From positions 74,400,001-74,464,000 of the forward strand of contig NC_043001.1 in the NCBI RefSeq assembly GCF_006345805.1: a DNA stretch of 64,000 nucleotides, in the 5' to 3' direction. The DNA is from Octopus sinensis. Its lineage: Eukaryota. Of the stretch, positions 52,987 through 64,000 are shown one piece after another; within the stretch, counting starts at the first letter, position 1, and each line of letters begins with the position of its first letter. Made by a program: the position numbers and the translations under genes. The notes under the pieces are model-generated. The model was not told the origin of the DNA, did not search any database, and was given only the letters and a program-made list of their open reading frames with translations.

Positions 52987-53916
52987 AAAAACAGTGTATA
53001 TATCTATGTCACTGGTCTGGAGAGTCTACAGAGGTCATGGACACTGACCCCTACTCCATTGACTTATACAATATTGCAGGAATGATGAGTCAACTGGCAG
53101 GAGACCTAGGAGTAGGCCTAGAATGAGATGGTTGGATAATATTCAAAGTCTCAGCTGGTGATGCTGATGCTTGGGAATCCAACAGGAAAGTGTAATAATG
53201 GTTGCTTCTGATAACAATCTACTTCTATGACCCTCCCAGAAATAGTGGTGGAAAAATGGATGGATGGATGTCAAAGAGTAAAGCTGGATAGGGGGTGGAA
53301 CAGTGCTGGATATAGGTGTAAGCTAAACAAGTTACAATTTGAGACTTACAATTAGCTGGGCTTGGAATGATTAAAAGATATGCTTATAATTTTTGTGAGA
53401 TCTGATGTAAATGTTTAATGGGAAACTTCCAAACTTTATGTAGCTTAGAGTCCCCACCCCCACCCATTGTAACAGCATTAAAGAACCTCAGGAAAAGCAA
53501 TGCACTGAGGTCACAACATACAAAATCTTAGCATAGATCAGCACTAAGACACTGGAACAAGACATGGACCTCCAGCCTGTTGAATCCTGTTGAAACATGC
53601 AGCCCATACCAGGATGGAAAGTGGACATACGGTTATTATAATTTAATCAGGAAAATGTCCCTAGAATCACCTTATCCCAACAAAAAGGATAATTAAATTA
53701 ACTATTTTGTACAGGTATGGCTGTGTAGCTAAAAAGCTTGTTTTGCAAGTTTTGGGTTCTGTGCCACTGCCTGGTACCTTGGGTAAGTGTCTTCTATTAT
53801 AGCTCTGGGTTGACCAATGCCTTGTGAGTGAATTTGCTGGCCTTTGTTTTGTTTTTTTTTTCAATTTTTTTTATTGGTGTCCATTTTTGTCCAATTCTCT
53901 TTCTATTGTCTTCCAG

Positions 53917-54027
53917 CTTGTTTTGGCAGTGATTACAAATGTAAGAATGGGATGTGTCTTCCTATAATGAAGGTCTGTAATGGTCAACCAGACTGTGCTG
54001 ATGGTGATGACGAATCAAGTGACTGCA
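53917..54027 (+). CDS. LDLa module 5 (CFGSDYKCKNGMCLPIMKVCNGQPDCADGDDESSDC)
   Basis: Six Cys, DCADGDDE motif; acceptor tgtcttccag, donor gtatgt at 54028; 111 nt, phase 1-1. Confidence 0.95.
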
Positions 54028-54089
54028 GTATGTAGATCATTCTAACTCTTTTGTTATTATATTTCTGTTCTTGCCTTTGATTCAATTAA

Positions 54090-54620
54090 TTTTAAAAATT
54101 ATGAAGAATTTAGTGAAATAACTGTCATTGTTAAGGTGATGTTTGGAACATGAATTACTATGAAATTTTGATTGGAATTTCTATTTTAGAACACTTTGAA
54201 ACAGAAAATTTTTATCACAAAACCAGGGATGCTCTCAGCCCTGGTTGATATCAAAAGGATAAGGTTTAAAAAATATGCACAACTTAATGTTTTTGTTGCC
54301 ATATTTTCTGTTGAAATATATTTCCTTTATTTAACTTAATTTTGAAAATAATGAAGAATATAGCAAAATAATTTTGCCATTTTACTTAGAACATAAATTG
54401 ACATAATTTTAATATAAAGTTTTAATAAAGAATTTAATAAGGTATCTTTGTACTTATTGAGGTGGTGTTTGGAACATAAATTAACATAATTTTAAAATGA
54501 GGTTTTAATAAAGAATTTAGATGATGAGGATGAACTTTGTGCTTATTGAAGTGGTGTTTGGAACATAAATTATCATGAATTTTTGTTGGAAGGTTTGAAT
54601 TTGGATGATTTTAAAACAAG
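54090..54620. repeat. Repeated ggtg(g/a)tgtttggaacat(a/g)aatt units (decayed MITE tandem)
   Basis: Motif at ~54135, 54385, 54462, 54552. Confidence 0.55.
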
Positions 54621-54679
54621 GGGTTTGTATTAGGGAGTTAAGGTTAATGTTGGGAGGAGGATTACTGGATTGCTTTGCC

Positions 54680-54865
54680 AAAGGGTTCCACAAGGTAAAA
54701 GAAGACATGGCCGACCAAAGGAAATGTGGCGGAGAACAATAACAAAAGATCTTAATAGCTGAGGGTTAACAATTGAAGAAACTGTCAAGGATGCTTTCAG
54801 TGTTGGAAGATGGAATGATCTTACTGTTGCCTCAAGTGCCACAAGACACAATGAGAACCAAATGT
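54680..54865 (+). mobile_element. RTE LINE 3'-end remnant (other very decayed RTE pieces at ~52300-52535 and ~53085-53270)
   Basis: GRPKEMWRRTITKDL and RPRMRWLDNI-like translations. Confidence 0.5.
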
Positions 54866-56401
54866 GATGTTGGGAGGATAAGTACCAAAAGAGTAAACAA
54901 ACAATTTACATACACTCTCAGACCAACTTCATTTCATTACATCATCGTTGTTCTTAAGGTTAACCCTGACCCAGTGCACCTTTGGTCAAAATTATTCCAT
55001 CCATGACCTTCTCATCTTACTTTTCTCTTCAGTCATAATATATTTATGATTACATTATCCAATGTATCCTTTGTTTTTGTTGCTTTTTTTTTTCGATTGT
55101 TTATAAACACAATACAATATGATGTAACAGATATTTAGTTGCTATTTTTAGGAAGTTGGGTAACCACATATAGGATTTATAAGTTCCATCTCCATTCAAT
55201 TTCATGATACTTATACAATGTTTATTAATTAAGGACCTAAAGTAATATTCAAAGGATTCTTAACTATCTGAAAAGGGATCTGAGTTCCCAAACCACAGAT
55301 TGAATTTGACATTTATGGGTGCAATTGTGGTTAAGAAGTTTGCTCCTTAATCACATGCTTTTGAGTTCAATCCTGCTGCATGGCACCTTGGGCAAGTGTC
55401 TTCTTCTATGGCCTTGTAAGTGGATTTGGTAGATGGAAACTGACAGAAGCCTGTAATATATACATGTGTGTGTTGACATTGCATGATTGTTGTAAATGAA
55501 TGTCACTGTTAGACAAGCACTGCCCTTCATTTTCAGTATCTTGTGAGACCATGTCTGGCCATGGGGAAATATAACTTTACTTGAAAACAGGCAAGGGTTG
55601 GTAACAGGAAGGGCATTCAGCTAAGAATACTTGCCTCAATGAATTCTATCAGGCCCATGTCCATGTAAATATGGAAAAGTGAATATTAAAATGATGATGA
55701 TGATGATGATGATGATGATGGTGATGAATAATAACAACAGAAATAACTATCCCTTTTTGTTCTCATACAGCTCATTCCACTCTCATATGATATCAAGACA
55801 AAGAATCACACACACACACACACACATGCATATGCCAACTCTTTGAAGCTGTTATTTAAATCATATGAGATCTGTGTGAAGCTTCATAACTGCAACAACG
55901 GCAACAACATCAATAACTATATATTCTCTGACCAAATGAAGATATAATGTACAATCTCATTTATCTGATTGTGGAACAATCCAAATTTAATAATGGCATG
56001 ATTTGTCCAGTATTGAATTCCCTCTTGTTATTTAAATAATATTAGAAATGAAACAAAGAATGCACAAGTTGATAAAGCAGGAATGACTTGATATAGACAT
56101 AAATTAATTCTAATATTAATAGTAATAATAATAATAGTAATCCTTTCTACTATAGGTACAAGGCTTAAAATTTTGTGTAGAGGGTATAAGTCATTTTCAT
56201 TGACCTCAGTGCTCATCTAATTCTTATTTTATTGATCCTGAAAGGATAGCAAACTTTGCCTTCCATTCTTTTGAGGGGTCAATAAAATAAGGAGCAGTTG
56301 AGTACTGGGGTCGATGTAATCAACTAACCCTACAGTCTGTAATTGCTGGCATTGTGTTATAGTAGAAAGGATTATTATTATTGTCATTGTTGTTGTTGTT
56401 G

Positions 56402-56460
<59 letters not shown>

Positions 56461-56794
56461 TATTATTATTATTCTGCTGGGGTCAGTTTTGCCTTTCATC
56501 CTTTCGGGGTTGATAAATTAAGTTCCATTGAAACACTAGTCCCCTACCTCCAAATTTCAGGCCTTGTGCCTATAGTAGAAAGGATTATTATTATTAAAAA
56601 ATAATAATGATAATAATGACTCCTGCGGTTGAGAAGTTTGCTTCCAACCACATGATTCCAGGTTCAGTCCCACTGTATGCCACCTTGGGCAAGTGTCTTC
56701 TTTTATAGTCCCAGGTCAACCAAAGCCATGTGAATAGATTTCACACTGAGAAAATGCACCTGCTGCATCTGTAAACACACACATACATTATATG

Positions 56795-56826
<32 letters not shown>

Positions 56827-57932
56827 TGTATGTATGTATGTATGTGTACACACATTTTTCTATGTGTGATAGTTTACATCTGTAATCATGCAAAAGTTTG
56901 GCAGTCCCAGTTTCTCATATCAACAAATCATCCAGGCACTTCATGCCTTCAAAACTGTGTGAAATAAGTGATCTCTTACTAGAAAAACAGGTGAGAATTA
57001 GCCCCTGGAAGGGCATCTGACTGTAAAAGAATTCCTCAACATATTCTTCCAACCCATGCAAGCATGGAAAAGCAGATATAGAACAAATAAATGAAATAAC
57101 TAATATTATCTCAAGCCAAACTGAGTTTGGTATTCTTTTCCCATATATTTCTGTTTGCTACTGTGTTAGATCAGCAAAAGGGTGGTTAAGAAGCTCACTT
57201 TGCAACCATATGGTTTTGGGTTCAGTCCCACTGTATGACACCATGGGCAAGTATCTTGTACTTTAAGAAGTATATATTTTAGTTAAAATATATTAAAGAA
57301 TAAGCTACATTTATAGGTTCTGGAATTTAAAGCTTCTTGATGAATCAACAGAAATTTGTGCATGTGTGTGTATGTATATGTGTGAGTATGTATGTCTGTC
57401 TGTCTGTCTGTCTGTATGTATGTATGTATCTATGTATGTATGTATCTATGTATGTATGTATATATATATATATAAAAGAAAAGAAAATGTTTTTCTAACA
57501 GAAAATGCTAAGATTCAATTAACTACTACACTACCCATCTATCCTTCTACCATTCCACTTCACTCTTCTAAACTTGAAAGAATTCCTTTGCCACACTTTG
57601 TTGTAAACATGCCTTTGTGTACGATCAACTATAATAATGTCTGTGCATTGCCCACACTGCTGTCTACAGCATATAGTTTAGTGGGTTGTGATGTGCAATA
57701 AACCAGTAAACAACACCTGTAATATTGTAGTTTAGCTACTGTGTTGTGTTGTTATATTATATGGGTTCCATTTATCTATGCATGTGTGTGTGTGTGTGTG
57801 TGTGTGTTGGTGTAGAATAATGAGTGTGTTTGGGCTAATTGTGATAGATTGCCTGCAGTACTAAATAGATTTGTTTCACCACACAATGAAGTTGTATTAA
57901 TATAGACTTAAAATAGCTTCGATAGCATGCAG

Positions 57933-57997
<65 letters not shown>

Positions 57998-58548
57998 ATT
58001 CTCTCTTGCTCTCTATTTCATTATCACACAATCCCTCTATCAGTCACTTCTCTTTTTTGTCATTCACTCTATCTTGTCTGTCTACCTGTCTGCCTGTCTT
58101 TCTCAGTTTCCCCCTCCTCTCTCTCTCTCTCTCTGTTACTCTCTGTGTGTCCCTTTCTCTCTGTTTGTCACTCTCTCACTCTCTGTGTCACTCACTCATT
58201 CACTCACTCACTCTCTCTGTCTCTCACTCTATTTTATTGTCACATTCTTGCTTACACACTTTCTCACTGTCACTCACTTTCTCTCTTCCTTTCTCTCTCT
58301 CTCTCTCCCTCTCCCCCTCTCTCTCTTACTCCTTATTTCAGTCTCTCACCCACTTTCAATCTAATTGACAACACTCACTCATTTTCACCCTTTCAATTTA
58401 TCTGTCTGTCTGTCTGTCTCCCTGTCACTCACTCTCAAAATGTGGGAAAGAAGGTGGAAGAGGAAATAAAAGAGGAAAAAATAGATTATTTTTTCAGAGG
58501 ATCTGAAATATTGCCTGAAGGAAATTAAAATTCACACACACACACACA

Positions 58549-58594
<46 letters not shown>

Positions 58595-58674
58595 AATCTT
58601 ACAATCACATACACAAGTACTCACACAAGTATACAAAGAGAAACACACACACAAACAGAAGCACAAACTTAGAA

Positions 58675-58872
58675 ATACACATGCATACACAAATACTCAC
58701 ACACACACACATATATACATAGAAAATAATTACACATATATCATTAATTATGCACTTAAAGAACTCATAAATGTATAGCTATACACATAGTATAGTGAAC
58801 TGTGCATGAAGGCATTCATGTTATTCATCTACACAGCATTTTTAGTATACTTACAATTTGTCTGTTCTTATA

Positions 58873-58907
<35 letters not shown>

Positions 58908-60955
58908 GTCTATTTCTCCTTCTGTCTCTCACTATATGTCTGTCTCTTAGTTTGTCTAAACATGGAAGACTTCCGAGATGCATCCATACATAGCTACATG
59001 CTTACATACATGTATGCATGATAGAAGTCAGCTCAATAATGAGTATTACCATCTTTTGTTAATGAGCTTGCAAAGCAAAGATGACTTTTTAATCCAGCTG
59101 ATGTTGTGCATAAATATCTCTTCTCAGTCAAATGCCATACAGAATCATGACAACTGACTTCTTTGTGTACAGTCAAATGTCTCTTCAGACCACGAAATCA
59201 AAGGACATTTACATTTTACATGATTTCTACCTACACCTCAAAATATTTTCTATCTTAATGAACTATAGTGTAACTGAAACAATACATACACACCTATAAA
59301 TACATGCAAAAACACATAATACATATGCACACATTATAAATGCACATACATACAAATGATGCATACAAATACATACACAATTATATACCTATAGACACAT
59401 ATACATACATATAGATACACATACATATACACACATGCACCATTTTATGAAACCAATATTACACTATACTTAGAAATGCACATGCATACACAAATGCTCA
59501 CACACGCACACGCACTTACACACACACACACACACACACAAACACACACATATATACATAGGAAAATAATTACACATGTGGTCTTTTAACCTTTTAACTC
59601 TATTTGAAAATTACTGTTGTTCAATCCTACCTCTTGGTTTAATCATTATACCTCTAGCTGAATGTTCCCTATTGAATTCATTTATATTATATTTTTTATA
59701 TGTAAGCATGAAAGAAGTCAGCTCAATAACGAGTATTACCATCTTTTGCTAATGAGCTGCAAAACAAAGATGACTTTTTAATCCAGCTGATGTTGTGCAG
59801 CTTTTACTAAGACTATTACATAAATATCTCTTCTCAGTTAAATGCCATGCAGAATCATGACAACTGACATTGCGTATAGTCATATGTCTCTTCAGACCAC
59901 GAAATCAAAGGACATTTACATTTTACATGATTTACAGGCACATGTAGACATACAGACATACATATATAGTTATGTATTATACCCAAACGATCACATGCAC
60001 ACACATGTACTTATGCACATACTGTTGTGGGTGTGCAGTAAGAAGTTTTCTTCTCAATCACATGGTTCTGGATTCAGTCTTTCTGTGTAGCACTTTGGCC
60101 AGGTGTCTTTTATTATAGCCCCAGGCTGATCAAAGCCTTGTAAGTAGAGTTGGCAGAGTGAAACTGAAAGAAGCCTGTCATATATATATATATATATATA
60201 TACACATACATGCATATATACATACATACATACATATATATATATAAATTTATAGTGTAATATTGGATTCATAAAATGGTGTGTATATATGTATGTGTAT
60301 CTATATGCATGTATATGTGTCTATAGGTATATATGTGTGTGTATTTGTATGCATACATTTGTATGTATGTGTATTTATAATGTGTGCATATGTATTATTG
60401 GATCCTTTCGGTTTGAACGGCAGTTTTTAACATAATTTCTAGGTAACTAAAAAATTTTAAACTTCATATACTGGTAGAATGTGTCAAATAAAACATCTTT
60501 TTCTCTTGGATTTCTTGAGAAAATAGTAGTTTGTAAGTTTAACGTAGTTAATTTCTTGAATTTCGGCAATTTCAACCAATCAATGACGTCTATTGAGGTA
60601 AAAACAATTTCTGCGTCCTTTACTGAACGACAACATCCTGTGGTGCTGAGTTATTTTGTCACTGCTATTTATATGGAAAGCGTGTGTATAAAATTATTTA
60701 TGTCTCTTTGTATGTATTTATAGGTGTGTATGTATTGTTTTAGTTACATTATAGTTCATTAAGATAGAAAATATTTTGAGGTGTAGGTAGAAACTCTGAT
60801 GAAAATTAAGGTCCATAAGTTTTATGTGTGGTCTTCTAACCTTTTAACCCTATTTGAAAATTACTGTTGTTCAATCCTACCTCTTGGTTTAATCATTATA
60901 CCTCCAGCTGAATGTTCCCTATTGAATTCATTTATATTATATTTTTTATATGTAC
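58675..60955. repeat. Mosaic of direct and inverted local duplications
   Basis: 59013-59226 ~ 59705-59935; 59578-59705 ~ 60826-60953; 59225-59468 inverted at 60252-60792. Confidence 0.85.
60398..60705. mobile_element. ~300-bp insertion (MITE-like) splitting one arm of an inverted duplication
   Basis: Flanks rejoin to give the reverse complement of 59225-59468. Confidence 0.55.
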
Positions 60956-61876
60956 TTTTATACACTTTTTAAAACTACATATTTTTTATTTCTATAACTA
61001 CTTCCTCTCCTTATCCCTTCCTGTTTTTTGTAAACATTAAAAAGGTCAATACCTTGAACTTAGATCCAGTACCTTAATTGATATGAAGCGACATATATTT
61101 ATTTTTACTGACTAGACCAAGCTAATTTTATCTTATTTTGGTCTTCCATACATTGTATATATAAAGAAAACATTCTATAACATACTTAGAGTTGAAACAT
61201 TGATATAACCATGCTGTTCTGGTGATCTAGTGAGCTAGCTTTCTTTATCTGCATTTAACTGTGAATATATAATTGTATTGTATAATGCATAGCATGCAGA
61301 TGTATAAACATAATTTATCATACATGAAATTATTATTACATGAAGAAGGCTGTGTAAAAACCATAATTCTAAGGATGACAAGTGGTCATCCTTAAATAAA
61401 TATATTCACCTCTCATACCTCCTGACTTTTTATGGTTAATGTATGTGTGTGTGTGTCAATTTTATCCCCTACCACCACTTGACAACTATTGTTGGCTTGT
61501 TTACATCCCTGTAACTTAGTTGTTTTGCATAAGAGACCAATAAAGTAAGTATCAGTCTTTAAAAATAAATACTGGAGTTAATTTGTTCAACTACACCTTT
61601 CAAGGCAGTGCCACAGCATGGCTGTTGTTCAATGACTGAAACAAGCAGTAAAAAATAAGGATAAAAGGTATATAGTCTATGTTTGCATGGAATTTGTTGA
61701 GACAGATTTTCTCTGACTTGATATCCTTCTTGTTGCCAACCCTTATCTCTTATCATGGAAGGTTTGAAACAAAAGATACTGCTTGTGAAACAGTGACATT
61801 CACTTACAACTATCACACAATGTCAAGACAAGGAAACACAAACCTTCACACCCACACAGGTGTATGGGATAAAAAC

Positions 61877-61944
<68 letters not shown>

Positions 61945-62602
61945 ACAACAGGCTTCTATCAGTTTCTCTCTAGAAAATCTACTTACAAGGATTTATTTGG
62001 CATAGGGCTATTGTCCTAGTTTGTGTTAACAGAAATATATGAAATAAGGTAGTGAGCTGGCAGAAATGTTAGCACACTGGACAAAATGCTTAGCGGTATT
62101 TCATCTGCTGTTACATTCTGAGTTCAAATTCCGCTGAGGTCAACTTTGCCTTTCATCCCTTCAGGGTCGATAAATTGAGTACCAGTTACACACTGGAGTT
62201 GATGTAATCAACTTAATCCCTTTGTCTGTCCTTATTTGTCCCCTTGTGGGCAATAAAAAATAAAAAATATGAGTTAGTTGTCATATTGGGCCTTAGGTAT
62301 TACCAAATAGGTCTTGTGAGTTATTAAAGTGTGTTTTATCAACAAGGGTTTTGTGTATGTTGTCAAAACAAATCTTAGGTATTGTCAAAATTGATCTCAT
62401 ATGTTATCAAAATATTTTTAGTCAAAGTGGGGCTTGTGTATTTCAAAACAAATCTTGTCAGAGAGTACTTTGTTAAAATGTATTTTGTCAAAATGGGCTT
62501 TGTATGTTGTCAAAACTAATTTTGTGTATTGTCAAAATGAACATTGGGTCAAATGGTGTGTTGTCAAAATAGGTAGTTTTCTGGCTAAAAATATTTTTTT
62601 AA

Positions 62603-62821
62603 CCCTTTAGCATTGAAATTGGTCATACCTGGCTTAAATATTCTGCCTGTTTTATCTTCAAACTGGCCAGATCTAGCCTCTCACATCTACTCTATGATAC
62701 CATTCTAAAGCTAAATGATCTCATCATTGAAATCTCAAAGCTGTAAGATAATGCAAGATTAATTCAAAACAATGTGAATAAATAAGCATTACATTTGACA
62801 GAGTAATCTTAATACTAAGGG
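62603..62821 (-). mobile_element. Same TTAA MITE family (partial third copy ~30594-30797)
   Basis: TTAA-ccctttagcatt ... aatactaaggg-TTAA; interior is the reverse complement of the 23.9-kb copy. Confidence 0.75.
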
Positions 62822-62867
62822 TTAATATTTCTTTATGATATTAGAAATAATTTTTCTTCTTTTAAAG

Positions 62868-62975
62868 CTTGCCGAGAAGGTCAGTTTCGCTGTAACAGTG
62901 GACAGTGTGTCCTTTCAACTGATCGATGTAATGGACTACAGAACTGCCTTGACCAATCAGATGAAATGAATTGCG
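62868..62975 (+). CDS. LDLa module 6 ([35 protein letters not shown]); gene continues beyond the window
   Basis: Six Cys, QFRC and DQSDE motifs; acceptor ttcttttaaag, donor gtttgt at 62976; 108 nt, phase 1-1; no stop reached. Confidence 0.93.
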
Positions 62976-63132
62976 GTTTGTCTCTTTTTGTTGTTATTGT
63001 TTCCCTTTTTATATTTTTATTATTTTTTTTCCCTACTGCCCCTGTAAAATAGGGGTCACATCTATTAATATCACCTGAAATTATAAACTCTCACCAAACA
63101 TATGAACCATAAATATGCATGTGTGTGTGTGT

Positions 63133-63169
<37 letters not shown>

Positions 63170-63171
63170 TG

Positions 63172-63281
<110 letters not shown>

Positions 63282-63738
63282 ACTTTGTGTATGTGTGTGA
63301 GAGATTATTTTAGGATTAAAAATAACAATTAGATGACAATTAGAGATTATTTTTACCATGGTAATTTAGGCAAAGGGACTAAAGTGTAATTATCACACCT
63401 CTTTCTCATTAGTCCCCCAACACCTGTATAAGTATTTTTGTCTCACTGCCCCCACCACTACCACATTATTGACTACAACTTTTGGTTTAATAATTCTCTT
63501 ATTTCATCATTTTTGCGAATATTTTGTTACTATTGTTGTTGTTACTCTTGTTAGTGCTGCAGCTTCTATTTTTGTCGTTGCTGCTGCTAATGTTGTTAAT
63601 AATGTTGCTAATGCTGCTGCAGCTGATAATGTTGTTAATGTGGTTGTTGCTAATGTTACTGTCAACTATATCTTCTATAATACATGTGTTCTAAAATTGT
63701 GTTAATGTTGTTGCCCCTTCTAGTATTTATATCTTTCA

Positions 63739-63770
<32 letters not shown>

Positions 63771-64000
63771 GTACATTTATGCTGCCGAGTGTAACAACTA
63801 GTTGTATTTGATGTTCCCTGTTGTCGTGGGCTACTACAATGGAGTCAATAAAGTTTGAGTGGTGCTTCTTAAGTCTGTTTCAAATAAGGTTTCCAGGTGA
63901 ATGATGTAGGCTCTTTTTGCAGTTGTGCATCTACAAGAGGAAAATGATGGAAGGATGTGAATGTAATATCATAAATGTATGTATGTTCTTGAATTTCCTC

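Noticed and set aside
57927-58528. Overlapping 120-145 aa Leu/Ser-rich ORFs (also 10664-11101)
   Set aside because: Products of (CT)n-rich polypyrimidine tracts.

Overview
AT-rich, microsatellite-dense eukaryotic DNA. The SINE, MITE and LINE families look like those of an octopod cephalopod (inference from the repeats). One multi-exon protein-coding gene runs on the + strand from ~22.4 kb past the window end. It encodes a basic N-tail, a type II transmembrane anchor (MPTTKTKTRKNRRRWILICVALIVLFIVVFIPVYNL), a 102-aa Ser/Thr/Pro-rich stalk and at least six LDL-receptor class A modules. Each module is on its own phase 1-1 exon and all exons splice in frame. The rest is repeat debris: a Tx1/L1-like LINE with its RT deleted, R4/Dong and RTE fragments, mariner, pogo/Tigger and Tc1/maT remnants, a non-autonomous Helitron, TTAA-flanked MITEs, four SINE families, a 5S rRNA pseudogene, several degenerate minisatellites and a complex direct/inverted duplication. 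Most unusual are two long near-perfect palindromes (3319-3642 and 33645-34080) that share a CTGAAGA...GAAA motif. The first contains a complete minimal type I hammerhead ribozyme fold of the kind found in Penelope-like elements. Most ORFs in the supplied track are microsatellite artefacts. All alignments were done by eye and repeat boundaries are approximate.
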